Positions 1 to 13,900 of a stretch of 64,000 bases of DNA are shown here, one piece after another (within the stretch, counting starts at the first letter, position 1; each line of letters starts with the position of its first letter). The position numbers and the translations under genes are program-made. Source of the stretch: Entomortierella parvispora E1425 (lineage: Eukaryota > Fungi > Mortierellomycota); assembly GCA_020891255.1 (NCBI GenBank), contig BQFW01000002.1, positions 2,356,001 through 2,420,000 of the forward strand. Direction: 5' to 3'. The notes beneath the pieces are model-generated. The model ran no database searches, had not been told where the DNA came from, and saw only the letters and a list, made by a program, of their open reading frames with translations.

Positions 1-76
1 TCAATGTTTTTTCATTTTTGCTTCATTTGTAATCGAAATGCTGAAAAAAAAAAGTGCGCATAGAATATCTGCTCTA

Positions 77-1851
77 TTACGAAACAAAGTGCTGCTGAAT
101 GTCGGAGGTTGGGCGAGGGATGCTCAAAGATGCCTCGTACATGGCGACTAGTGTTTCGTAAAAAGGGAGAAAGAGCATAAGGCGGTGTCAGATATATGAT
201 CTTCAAGGCTGTGGCAGGCTGATTCTTTCCTGGAATGATTTTCTTACCTGACTCGTATCGAATGTTGTTGCGTGTACGCTTGACTGCCAGCTGCTCAGGG
301 GTCATGCTTTCACGAACTGCAGCCAAGGTTGACAAGATCTCCTCTGTGGAGGGTCGCTTTTCGGGATTGCTGTCCCAGCACCTCTCGTAAAGGGCCTTGT
401 ACGCCGCAGGCGTTCCTTCAATGGATACTTCGCGTTTACCATTCATGATGGCGACTGCGAGATGCACGTCCTGAGGTACTTTACCGAATGCAGAGTGACC
501 AGTTGTCAACTCCCACAGGAGCACTCCCAAAGAGTAAATATCGCATTTAGCGTCAAAGTGCCGTGGGTTGCGGAATCGCTCAGGGGCAATATAGGCCATG
601 ACACCGATCAGAGGATCGTCCGTGCTATTATCCGAAGAGTCACCATTGATGTTGGCCTTCTTGGTGCTGGTGCTGCTCTTACTGTTGTTGGAGTTGGCGG
701 CCTCGCTAGACGACTGGTGACTTTCGAGTCCGACGATCTTTTGACTGATAAATTTAGACTGACCTTCGGTGGTTGATGAAGGCTGGATAGAGTACAAGTT
801 CATGTTTCTGGAGACACGCTCTTCCATAACAGTACTGGCACCGAAATCTGTAAGCAGGGCATCGCCTTGGTCATCGATCAAGATGTTGCCTCCATGAAGA
901 TCGCGGTGGTAGATGCCTTCCTGATGCAGACGTGCGATACCTGACGAGATTTGGGTAGCCAGACGGAGCTTGTCAGCCCAGGTCAGGTTTTGGTATTCGA
1001 CCTTGAGATGCCATGTGAGCGAGCCTTTGTCGGCATACTTTGTGACAATGCACATCTTGTCGAGTCCTGGAGGGAAAGTCACTCCATAGAATTGGACAAC
1101 GCTCTCACATCCCTTCATTCTGCTGTAGATCTCCACCTATGAAGATAAGAGGCAAGAGGATGAGTGGTTGTCCCTCATGATAAACTCAAAGTGTAATAGA
1201 AGGATCTCTGCTGCTCTCCAGGTCCATGCAAAAGCGCACTTGAATAGCTGGTCGCACACACACAAAAGACGAAACAGTCGATCGTGGGTGAAAACAAAGG
1301 GGGTAAACACTCGATGGGAAATTCGAAACAAATTAGAGATCCAATCCATTCACAGTTCGAGAACTTGCCTCCTTGGAGATGACATGAATCGAGGCCTCCT
1401 TGATGGCCACCTTGATGCCCTTCCACTCTGCAACATGGATGATGCCCATTCCACCGGCATCCACCCCGATCGAGAGCTTTTTGATCTCCGAGGCCGGGAT
1501 CTCGTTAGCAAGAAGGATCTTGCGCTCATCTTCTGTTAAAGGGTAAGGGAACGTTCTCAAACCTTGTTCGAGCGTGATTGACTTTGGACCCATGATGCTG
1601 TTGCTCAAGGATGCGAACTGGGTGGAGACACGCTGGAAGAGGCTTGGTCCCTTCGCGGTAGTGGATTTCGCGGCGATAGCGTCCTTTGGAGGCAAATAGG
1701 CAGCAGTAGGCGACTCATCTTCGATGCGCTGCCCCTGAGCATCCACGAGGGAGCCACTGGCGGAGGCAGAAGGGGCCGGAACTACGACGTTTGCCATTTT
1801 CTTGGGGATAGTGGTGTCCGTGGCACAGCACTTGGAAAAGGGGTTTCCCAT
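77..1851 (-). CDS. TKL/MLK-like protein kinase, 3 exons (1851-1369, 1136-248, 147-77)
   Basis: GxGxxG-like DAGGMG, VAIK, HRDLHGGNIL, DFG and APE motifs. Exon phases join correctly. N-terminus is MGNPFSKCC. Confidence 0.9.
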
Positions 1852-3535
1852 GGTGAATGGCTATCTACGGCGAGGGATGGGTGTCAAATTGATAATTCGA
1901 GCAACTCCTGACAGGAATGGATAGATGGTCAGGCTGACCTACTGGTGGGTGTTGGAGAGAGAAGAGAGGTTGGGGAGAGGGAATGAGGTAAGTGAATGAG
2001 GGATTGAGATTGATTGAGGTGAGTGCGAATGGAAGAGAATCGGACAATGAAGAAAGAAGAAGAGCAGTGACCGAGAAAAGAAGTTAAAAAGAATGAACAG
2101 AAACACCTTGCGCCGAGGCAACAGGGCCTACTTTTTCCTGGCCTTGAGGGGTGAGGGAGTTGCAGCGAAGTCGTGTTGGGGACAAGCGTGGCAGAGGATG
2201 TTTCGAGGGTTGCTTGGATAAGAGTGCATCCAGTCTGCTCTGTTTGCCTACCTGCCTTTTCGAGGAGGTAGATCCGATCAACGGCGATGGAGGACCAATG
2301 GCATCGACGAAGAGGAAGATCAAGGAAGGGGTGAGAGAGAGTCGGACAGGGCAAGGAAGTCAGCAGCCTACATGTACATGTACAGTTATGACACAGAAAA
2401 CAAGGGGGGAGCAAAGAGTAAAAGAATGAAAAGGGTCCTCAGTCGTGTGAACTTTATCGGTCTCAGATCTGGGCCTTGTTTGCTCCATCGTTTCCATCGT
2501 TTCGTTCTCGATTTGGGAGGGTTCTTCTCGGTGGCGGGTGGCGGGGCTCCTTTTCTCTCATGCTTGCGATTCTTTCCTTCTCACGTCGCCCTCTATATCT
2601 TCTTCCCTCCCTCTCTCCTTGTCTCTTTGTCTACCTCTCTCTATCCTTTCCTTTTGCTGCTGTTCACTCCCACGCTATGCGGAGGATAGGGGGAGCAGTC
2701 TAGCTCCACACAGAGAGTGCTGTTGAACAGACAAACTGAAAAAGGAAAGGAGGTGCATGCAAGGAGACATTATTATTATTGAAGCGTTTCCAAGCATGGC
2801 ACAGTGCTGATTTTTCTGTCACACTGGGGTTCTTTCCTAGACTCAAGGATGTCATAAACAGTGGCAGCAGTATCGGCTTCCCCTTGTCTGTTTTGATCCG
2901 TGGGCCGCCATTTGTGCCCATAGTTTGTGCCTATCAACATATGTATGGTCTAGAGACTGGGTGTGTATCAATCAAACTGGTAATCTCCCTAGATAATTGC
3001 GCCAAAAGGACAGAGGATCTCTCCAAGTAAAACTTGTGCTGTCTGGTTTCGGTCACTCATTAACAGCCATACGGTGAATATACCACCTTTACTACATGCC
3101 TTTCACTAGCATCTCACTGTCTTCAGTGCCTTATTTGGCGCATTCACTTACTTTATGAAAAGGAAAAATACAAAGAACATATCAGAGGTACAATCGGACT
3201 GGGCGACGATGAACGTTTTACAGGTCGAGATGAAAAGCGAAGGACGTGACAGTCAACAATGCCGAGATGAGTTTTTCTTGCTCAGACGCCATGAAGGTTG
3301 GCGGACTCGCAACGAGATTCAGCAAATCAGGCACAGCAGGCAGGCCAAGTTGGCGTCAAAATTGGGCTGGTTGATGGAAATGGATAGCAAAAATGACAGG
3401 GTCGTTGTTATTAATGGGATAAGTAATCTATACTGTAGTTTTTTTCTATCTAATTTACAATACTTGTTCGCTTTTCAGTGCAATGCTGCGTGTGTTATAT
3501 GCTGGATAAACAAGGTGGAGAGGGAAGGCTGATAC

Positions 3536-4209
3536 TTAGATCATGGCCATGCCCAAGGAGATGGCAGCAAGAGCCATGGTCGAAAGAGCAGCCTGGACAG
3601 AGACGGCAGCGCTAGTCGACTTGTCGTCAGTGGGCTTGGCGCCAGCACCGCTGGTGGTGGCAGTAGCGTCAGTTGAGGGCTTGGGAGTGGCAGCAGTGCC
3701 ATTGGGGCGCTTGCCATCGGGCTTGTAGTCACCCGAGATGATACCAGGGCCAGTAGAGTTCTTGGACCACTGGAGGTTGTTGCACATGCCGTAGCTGGCC
3801 ACTGAGAAAAGAGAAATATGAACGACATCAAGAAATATAAAAAAGAATGTAAGAAATTGTGATGATGTCTGTGTTGTCAGATGAAAAGGAAATAAAATAA
3901 TGACTTACTGGGGCCAGAGAAAGTTGCGTTGAAGGCCTCAAATGACAGATCCTTGGTCTCCTTGCTATCCTTAGCGGAGCAAGTGCACGAGGTCTTGAAG
4001 GACATGCAGATCTTGTCGGTCGAGAAGACAGCCTCACAGCTGGCGGCGAAGGTGGCATTGGCTCCGCAGGCGACAGGAACAACATCCTCCTCGCATCCAG
4101 CAGTGACACCCATGCACCAACCGTTGGCGAGCTTGGAGGGATCGACGGGACCAACCTGGGCAGAGGCAACGGCGACCAAGGCAAGGGCAGAAAGGGTGGC
4201 GATCTTCAT
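3536..4209 (-). CDS. Secreted Cys-rich, probably GPI-anchored protein, 2 exons (4209-3909, 3801-3536)
   Basis: Signal peptide MKIATLSALALVAVASA, 8 Cys, Ser/Thr/Ala-rich stalk, hydrophobic C-terminus. GTAAGT...CTCAG intron joins in frame. Confidence 0.8.
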
Positions 4210-5355
4210 GTTTGATGTAGGTGTACGGGAAGGATGGAGGGAGGTAAATGGGTATAAGGTGGAAGAAGTGAGGAAAGGAAGAGAGAAAAGAAGGAGTCTC
4301 TGGTGATTTATACATTTTTTTTTTTTTTTTGGTGGTGAGGCATGGCGGGGATCGACCCGATTCACACGCAGTCTTCGTCTCTTTCTGAGTTTCTTTTTGC
4401 CTGCAGGCGTGAGGCGAATGAGGTAAAAATCTCAGGATCTGATAAGCTGTATTTTCACGACAGATGGCGCTCCTTGAAAAAAGTCTTTTGTGTTCATGTG
4501 GGGATAGCCGGGTCCACAAAAAAAAAAAAGAGAAAAAGAAACACAAGAAACATTCCCCGGTAAACAGTTCAATCGCTCAGTAAAGAGAGGGGAAAGCTTT
4601 GTTCCGTGGCCCTCGTTCTTCTTAGTTTGTATTCGCCCTGAGGTTCCAAGTCAGTCAGTCAGTCAGTCAAAAAGGATCTGATAACGATTTTCTGTGTCTC
4701 TTTTTCCCCCCCTCTTCATTCCACTACCCGAGTACCCCCGTGGGAGCCATTCTCTCAGCGCGGAAGACAGAAGCATTTTCATCTTCATTCTCAGACGAGC
4801 AGCCTTCATTTCACACCCTTGCCCTCGCCCTCACTCCTTTCTTCAGCTGCGCACACCCAAAGAAGTGACACCAATTGAAAACAGCAAGCTACTTCGGTTA
4901 GCTTTCTTGTGTGCGAATCTTCGGTCGTGCCTGAATTTGACTCCATGCTTCTTCTACTTCGCCCAACGGTAGGAAAATTTCCAGGACTCTTTTCATGTTT
5001 TGTTTTCAGCCTCATATTGTTCTCCACATCTAATTAGCCTTGTGCTCACTCAACAAGATGACGAGGTAGGATGATTATGGTTCTTGACTGCTGAGCCTGG
5101 TGCGAAATCTTTGTAAGTTCTGTGGTGAAACTCTTGGAGAGAGGCTGGGCGAAATCTCACCTTTTTGAAAAGGTGCCCAAGAAATTTCGTATTGCACTTT
5201 GGTGGCGTAATTTCATTGCAATGCAGGGGAGCGTATCCACTCCATCCCATCCAGTCCCATCCCATCCCATCCAACCCATTGCAAAATGTGTTTGACCAAC
5301 GTGGTGGTTTTCACGATGGCATTATTCCTTGTCGGAGTAACTACATGACTTAAGC

Positions 5356-6263
5356 TTGCTTTATTGCTACGGCAGCTCTTGTGAAACACCCTACCACTGT
5401 GCCGTTAAGACGACTGACGAGAGGATAAGGAGCTCTGCTTTGGTGACCTACATAGTGTCCGCTCCAATGGTACCACATCCGGCTGTGGTCGAGAATGTCG
5501 CCTGCCCATCCTGTTGCTTCTCTTGTGAGAAGCTGGTAGACTTCAAGGAACACATCAACTCCAACCTCATTCATGACGCGGACCAGCCACTCGACGCCGA
5601 CAACGACTCGGGGCGATCTAAGAAGCGACCCAAATCTGTGTCGATTGTTGGTGAAAGGCAAATATATCCTTCTCGGCTGCCTTTGCCTTTCCACCTTCCG
5701 ACTGTCGTAAGATGCCTGATGATGTCTTCATGAAGCTGCAGGAGATCATGGCTGTCCTGTTTCTCACCAATAAGCATCTTAATCTCGAGCAGAGAGTGCT
5801 TGTTGCTGAAGAGACAGCCGCTCAACAATCGCTCTCAACCTTAAATGGGTGTAAGACGGCCTTCATTTCTTGTGCGAGGCAGCACATACTGCAGTCAACG
5901 ACTGGACTGGCACAGTTATGTGAGATGGTTGAGGGCGATGGGGAAACAGTCGGCGGTTCTTGAGGAGCTTGCACGATAATGTAGCGGCGAGCTAGATATA
6001 ACGCCGACTGACCACACGGATTGGCTCTTTTGTTTGCTGTCAACTGTCTACGACTGTGGATCGGTCCTCTTTATGAATACACTAAAACTATCATTCGTAG
6101 TGCCGGACATGGCTCCATTCAAATCCATCCAAGGAACCCATTCAGGGATACACCTGTAGCCAAAGCTAACCAAATGAATCTTGATGTAATTTCCAAAAGG
6201 GTGCTTCTCTACAGCACCATCAAGACGCCTTTTCAAGAGCAACATATAGATCAACGACGCTAG
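5356..6263 (+). pseudogene. Possible degenerate gene fragment with a C2H2-like motif
   Basis: CPSC-x12-H-x6-H (CPSCCFSCEKLVDFKEHINSNLIH) followed by protein-like text in other frames with stops. No coherent spliced model found. Confidence 0.2.
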
Positions 6264-7989
6264 CATACTGCGGTGGGCCTTCACCCGCCTATTGTTCTTT
6301 GCCTACTTGCAACATGGATTCCCCTCTTCGTCTTTAAGCATGCCGAATGAATCAGGGGTAATTCAGATAGGCGATGAGATTTGTTAAAGGTCGTCTGGTG
6401 TTTCCCCAAACGATTACTTTGCCACTGCGACGACTGTCGGGACAGTGCAAGTGCAAATGCTGTTTCCAAGTGCATCCTTTTCATTTTCCGTGCCTCAAGG
6501 CAGACACACAAATGCAATACGCCTCTTTCATTTAGAATCGCAAACGGCGAGATTTTTTTTTGCCCCTCAGCAGTAAAATTGCGGGAGTAAGGGATGGGAT
6601 TCCGAGCTTCCCTGCAGCTTGACCAAAAGTTGGTGGCAAATATTCCAAAGAGGAGCTTGAAGTGTCGTCCTGAGTTTGGCTGATGCCTACCAGGCTACGT
6701 TGTACGAATAGGAATGGCCCGAGCGTTCAGAGCTACCAAAGGGTTTGATCGCAGATCCCTGCGTCGACTCCATTTGAGGGTTAACACAGGTACCAATAGT
6801 GCAGGCACATTCGTAGCTTCAAGGGGAAGGCAAACCGAGTCAGCACAATCAAAATAGCCAGGCAAGGGAGGGTCATTCGGTCATTGTCTCTGTATGTTTG
6901 GATACCGGGTTGGCATTTTACTGCTTTTTGTTCATGATGTGCTGTCTCGGACATGAAAAAAGAAGGAACGAAAAAAAAGATAGGAGTCTTTGTGTCCAAC
7001 AGCTTTCTCTTCATTGAGGAGGAGAAAAAAGTGCGTCAAGAAAGAAACCCAAAAAAAAAAAAAAAAAAAAAAAAGGCACGACGTGACCTCATGGCCGATG
7101 ACCGCACTGCACTGTTGACGTGGTCGCGCAACACGCAGCCATGGGCCAGCCCCTGTTTGCCTGTTTGTGGTTGAGAGACGGCAGAAAGACGCCAGTCGGT
7201 CAACGAGGAGAAACAGGACGACAGAAAACAGAGGCAGAGAGGGCGGGTTCCCCCTGTGACCTTTCGGATCATGGCTGTGTGTCTGTCTGACCGCCCCTTT
7301 TTTCGCCCTCATCTGTTGCCAGGGTATGGACACAGACATGGCCATGGGCGAATCGGGATGGGGAATCCATCATTCGTTCTTGTCTTTCCATTCGCCTTTC
7401 TGACTGCCTCTGCACGCTTCCCACCCCGTCGACCTGCTCGTTCTCTCCCTCCTCTCTCCTCCTTCCCTGTCCCCCTTCCCTTGCACGATATTGCGCGGAA
7501 CACGAACTAATAGAGTCAAAGGTGCACTGTCCACTCCGCGATAATACAAAAAAGAAAAGTAAAAGACGTGAGCCTTCCTTCGACCTGGACCTCGAGCAAA
7601 GAAAAAAAAAAAAAAGAGTCGTGATCAGCAGAAGACCTTGTTCCACTTGGTTGATTCCATCCATCCCCCCATCCCACTGCCCGTCACTTTGATCACCCCT
7701 GCCTTGCCTGCAGTGTCGCATCACTCGCTCCATCCACTGGAGGTAGGGACCGTCGTCAGCACAAGCTGGAATCAACCTCTGCCTCTTCGTTGTTCCTGCC
7801 CTGACAATCAATCCGTCTGCACCGCCGCGCCATTTCTCTCTTCTTTTAGGACAACAGGACGCATCGCCAGCGCAGCCAGTCGGCTCTTTTGTTACACCCA
7901 TCCTCCACGCCCAGGACACGTTCCGTTACACCCACCAAGGAAGGGCACGCACATTTTGAACTTCTCTACACATCTCCAGAGAATCAGGC

Positions 7990-10900
7990 ATGAGCAAAGG
8001 CGGGAACATCAAGGTCGTGGTCCGCTGTCGACCGCTCAACAGTCGAGGTAATGGTCCTGGACAATGGACATGCTACGCGAAACGCTGTAGTGAATTAGAG
8101 TGGACAAAAGAACTAATGAGACAGCGCCGTTCTTTCTTATTTTTTGCTTCCCGCCACGGATGATTGCATCCACCGACCTTGTTCTTTTGTACCTTTGTCT
8201 ACGGGATGGTCGCGCCATGGGAACTGTAACACAACGACTTCGCTACAAAAAATAACCACAGAGATTGCAAAGGAGTCAGAATGCATCCTTCACATGGACG
8301 GTAACATGACCACGATCCGAAAGCCCGAAGAAAACACCACAAAGTCGTTCTCGTTTGACCACTCGTACTGGTCCTTTGACAAGGCAGATCCCAACTACGC
8401 GGGACAACAACGGCTGTACGACGATCTGGGCGTCGAGCTGCTGAACCATTCTTTCAACGGATACAACACCTGCATTGTCGCCTGTAAGTGATAAAATGCT
8501 CTACTGGTCCATGCAAGAGAAAGAACAAACAGACGGGAGATGGCAGGAGCAGAATATGGCCGATTAGGTTGAGAGGCAAGGGGCGGTTGCTGGTAATTGA
8601 GAGCCATGGTCGGGGGGGGGGTTCTTCTTGTTCATCCAGTCGTTCCAGACAGCAGCATCTGGGCTGGGTGAGCCATGCGCTGGTATCCATTCCAGTGCCC
8701 CGGAGCTTGATTGCGAGCTCAAACGGGAAGGGATGGGAGATATCCTCTCCGCCCTGCGGTCGCGCCTTCCTTCAGAGCCGTTGCTCCCGTTGTGTTTTGG
8801 TTTAACCGCAGCAGAGAAGAGAAAGACGCAATTTAAGTCCAATGACCGGCCACTCGCCGCAAGATACTCATGTACCCCTGCGCTCCTTTCCTTCTTTTTA
8901 GATGGACAGACAGGAAGCGGAAAATCATACTCGATGGTAAAAAAGAGAGCACGAGAAACAAGATCCCCAGGATCTAGGCAGAGATCATCTGTTAATTGTT
9001 ACCAGACTGACCAACCCCTTTGCCCTCTGTTTGCCCTGGTTATTAGATGGGTTATGGAGAGGAGCGGGGTATAATCCCGCTTTCTTGCCATGAACTGTTC
9101 CGCAGGATAGAGGCCAATAAGGACCCATCTCTCAGCTATAGAGTCGAGGTTTCCTACATGGAGATCTACTGTGAACGCGTACGGGACTTGCTGAACCCAA
9201 AAAACAAGGGGCATCTCAAAGTGCGGGAGCATCCCTCCTTAGGACCCTATGTCGAGGATCTTTCCAAACTCATGGTCACCTCTTTTCGTGACATTGAGAA
9301 TCTGATGGACGAGGGAAACAAGGTATGGGACACAAGGACACAGGAACACAAAACCAAACAATGACCGCATTTCATCGTATTCTGTTTACATCCTTTTCTT
9401 CAGCACTCACCAGTCATCACTTTTATTTCTTTGTGTTTCCTACGAGTGCTCCTTTAGGCTCGTACAGTGGCCGCAACAAACATGAACGAAACTTCAAGTC
9501 GGTCCCACGCAGTCTTTACCGTCCTCTTGACGCAAAAGAGACATGACGCAGAGACTAGGTTAGACACGGAGAAAGTCTCTAGAATTTGGTACGTCACAGA
9601 TTCAACACGACGGCAGTGATGTTGTCAAGTGTTGCTCTCTGCTAACCTTGGCTTACTTCATGTTTAGTCTCGTCGATTTGGCAGGAAGCGAGCGAGCTAA
9701 TTCAACAGGAGCGACAGGAGCTCGTCTGAAAGAAGGTGCAAATATTAACAGATCCTTGACGACTCTTGGAAAAGTCATTTCCGCACTGGCAGACGCATCA
9801 AGCGCACCTCCAGCGGTTCCAAAGAGAGGTGCCAAAAAGGTCCCAGAGATATTTGTCCCATACCGAGACTCGGTAAGAATTGTTTCTATGGTAGCTTATC
9901 AGGCTCGACATCTGTTTTTTACTGACGACATTGTCTTTGGGGATACATCAGGTTTTAACATGGCTTCTCAAGGATTGCCTTGGCGGAAATTCAAAGACCA
10001 CAATCATCGCAGCCCTTTCCCCAGCTGATATCAATTACGACGAAACCCTCAGCACACTGAGGTACGCAGATCAGGCCAAGAGAATCAAGAACAAGGCAGT
10101 TGTCAATGAGGACCCCAACGCCAAACTTATTCGCGAGCTCAAGGAAGAGCTTTTGGAGTTGCGTTCAAAACTTGGTGTGTATGATCCCGCACAGGCTGGC
10201 GCTGACCTGCAGTCACCCAACGCCCTCGTTACCATCGTGGATCTTCATGGAAATGCTCGGACGCTCACCAAGGACCAGCTACAGGATGAAGTCCAGGCTT
10301 CAGAAAAGATCATGGCCGAATTAAACGAAACCTGGGAAGAGAAGCTGCGAAAGACTCAGGAAATTCAACAGGAGCGTGAAAAGACCCTGGAGGAACTCGG
10401 CATTTCTGTAGAGAAGGGTCATATCGGAGTTCACACACCAAAAAGGATGCCCCACTTGGTCAACTTGAACGAAGATCCCTTGATGTCAGAATGTCTCGTG
10501 TATCAACTCAAGCCAGGAAAGACCTATGTTGGCAAGCTCGAATCCTCTATACCCGCCGACATACTTTTATCTGGAACCAATATCCACGACGCCCATTGCT
10601 ACTTTGAAAACAACAACTCGTCAGTGACGCTTTATCCAGGAAAGACATCCATGACCATGGTCAACGGTCTACGTATCAGTAAACCTAAAAAGCTTCGATC
10701 TGGATTCCGAGTGATCCTGGGCGACTACCATGTCTTCCGCTTCAATCATCCGGAGGAGGTTCGGCGAGAGAGGGATCTGCAGCAACAACAGCAAGGCACT
10801 CCAGGCTCTAGTATGGTCTCGTCTCCGATCCAACGCGTACAGGCAAGTCTCTCGAATGGGATGGAAGAAGACCGTCCAGACGAAAGACCGGATTCGCCGT

Positions 10901-13900
10901 TGTCGTCAGGTTCCGTCATGTCCGAGTTTGTGGACTGGAATTATGCCCGCAAGGAAGCCGTGATTCACGCCCACATGTTGTCAGAGTCTAATATCAACCA
11001 GCTCAAAGACCAGGATTTGGATGTCCTATTCGACAACATTGCCAAGATCCGTTATATGCGCAAGAGTGTCCGCTCCGAAAGCCGTGCCGGCTCCAATTTC
11101 GATGATGATGTGGAATCACGGTCATCGAGACTGTCCTTCATGGAGCGGTGGCATGGCGAGAACGCGTTGACAGAGGATGGAAGGGAAAGCCCTATTCCAC
11201 CACTCGAGTCGTCAGCCCTGGCTCTGAAGGAGAAACTGCGACTCGCTCAAGAAGAGATGCTACAAATGACCCAACAAAAGCAGGAGTATGAGGCCAAGAT
11301 CCAGAACCTGTCTGCAGCAGAGGCAAAATCCGATGAGCTGTTGGCAGAGAAAGCACGGATGGAGGAGCGTCTTCGACAAGCCAAGGAGGATCTTCAAAAG
11401 AAGCTGGATCAGCAGCGGGAGCAATACGAGGACAAGATGAAGCGAATGTCGTTGACAAGTGTTTCCAGTCACCACCTGGATGAGTCGCAGCTGAAGGGAA
11501 AGCTTTTGCTGCCCCTGTACTCTGACTATGAGCTCAAGGTCCTCCACAAGATCCTGAAGCGCTGGAAGGAGCGCCGCTCTGTACAGATGTCTGAAGTCAT
11601 CCTGACGAACGCAGTACTGCTCAAGGAGGCCAATATCATCAGCCGCGAACTGTCCAAGAATGTGACCTACCAGTTTACGATCATTGAGGCCGGACCTTTG
11701 GCCAATCCTTCATCGTTCTGGGAGAGCGCATCAGCCTTCACTCAGTTTACAAGCGAGGAAGAAACAACACTCTCGTCGTTGAAGCAGTCGTGTATCGGAA
11801 TCAAAGTCATTGACAACAAGCACGGATCTATTTACTTTTGGTCTTTGGAAAAGTTGCAGGCTCGGTTGGTCCGGATGAGAAATTTGTACAACTTTGTGGA
11901 TCGGCCGCAGTACAGGAAGCAATTCAATCTGGAGGACCCTTTCTACGAAACACCATGCCCGCGTTTCACTTTCATTGGAAGTGCTTCTGTGGCACTCAGC
12001 TGTCTGGTCAAGATGCAATTCCTGGAGAGTGTCGTGCCCATTTTGTGCCGGACCACCGGTCAAACGATGGGCCGGTGTCGGATAGGACTCACGCCCCTCA
12101 GTCACAGCGACGCCAGAGCCAGATCTAGCCTGACGCCACTGTCCTCTACGCCCAACTCGCCCACAACACTGGTTCAAAGTCGTGGCCCAAGCCGAGGGCA
12201 CAGTCGCGAGCGATCACGCCTGATTCAGATCAAGGCGGAGGCAGGTGATTCTGTCGTCGGCGTGGGTGACCAACTTCTGTTTGAAATCTCACTTTTGTCC
12301 ATCGAAGGTCTTTCCGAGAAACAATATACCCAGGTCCACGCTCAGTTCCGACTGTCCAACTTTGGAGGTGCCGTGCCAAACTCGACTGGCGACAAGGTGT
12401 ATGCGACCGAGCCCGTCAATAATTTTGAGGAGCAAGGCATCTTTTTCGGATTCACGCAGACACTATCCATTACCTTGACGCAACCGATGTTGGATGTGTT
12501 CAAGACTGGGTCGTTGCGTTTCGAGGTCTTTGGCCAGGCCAAGCCCTCAACGCTGTCCGCCTGGGAGCAATGGGACGCTGATCACGAGATAGCAAGTCAG
12601 CTGGCGGAACTAAAGAAGAACGGGCATCCTACCGGGGCCACCAACGGGGTCAGTGTGAATGGATATAACCAGCGATCTTCGTTGGACAGTCTTGGTGATC
12701 GCAAATCGGAGGACGAACAAGCAAGAGAAGAGCAGCATGACGTGTTGGCATTCATTCAGTTTTGTGAGCTAGCGGCCGATGGAGAGTACATGCCTGTTCA
12801 AGTCCTTTCCAATTCTGTGATGGATCCAGGAGCGTTCCAGCTCCGCCAAGGGTTGCAGAGGCGGATCATGTTGACTTTGTCTCACACATCTGGACGCCAG
12901 TTTCTATGGGACAGGGTCACGGGGATTCAATTGGGCAAGGTTCGTCTCGTGGACAACAAGGGCCGCATCATTGACTCGACTCTGCGAGACGATATAGTCT
13001 TGAACATTGTACCTGGACAAAAAGTTGATTACCCCAAGGATGGTACCAGTGAGCTCACAGTCCAAGCATCCTGGGATAGTACCCTGCACGAATCATTGTT
13101 TTTGAATCGTGTGACAGCTTCGGGCACACGGGTGATGATGACCCTGACTTGGTTTGTCGAAGCAACTGAGAGGTGCAAGGATCCAATGCGCTTCCAAATG
13201 GACGTTTCCGCACTGATTCAAGATCGAGAAGCTAGGGCGCCCTCCAAGTTGACGTCATTCCTGGCGTCGACGAGGCTGTTGTCCAGAGTCAGCGGACTGT
13301 TCTTGTTGACACTAAAGCCAATTGTGACCAAAAAGGCATCAGAGCTCTGGAGGTTGAATACTGCGGGGCAGTACGTCCGAGGAGAGGAGTTCTTGGCAGG
13401 TTGGAAACCCCGAGGAATATCTCTTTTGGACGACTACTCGACCGGAAAGGCTCTTATCCTGAAACAGGAGGCAGTGGAGCGCACGCGGCAGTTCCTCCAG
13501 TTGCATGGACAGGTCCAGGATCAGGGGTTCCATCATTCAGCTTCCACTACGGTCACTTCCATTGGTGGTTCTCTTGCATCCACGGCGACATCGCTGTCGG
13601 ATGGAGGTGAAGAGGGCACTGTAGCCAGCTCTGGCGATGAGACTGGGCGGGAGTTGGTCATGAATGGAAAAGCCCTCTCAGATATCAATGGAGATCTGAC
13701 TCCTCATTCGCAGCAGTTGCTTCAAAAGATGGTGTCGATCTGGACACGGAAAAAGCCTTCGATCGAGGATGTAAGTCTATGAGCGACTATTTGAGACTAT
13801 GATAAGATGAGTACTTGGGGCTACGTATTAACATGCGAGAGAGAAAATTTTCGTTATCAATCTAGTTGCTCGCTAGTACCGAGCAGGCACCAGAGAACAC

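Noticed and set aside
6932-7919. ORFs upstream of the kinesin gene
   Set aside because: Contain poly-K/poly-F runs from homopolymer tracts, typical of non-coding promoter DNA.
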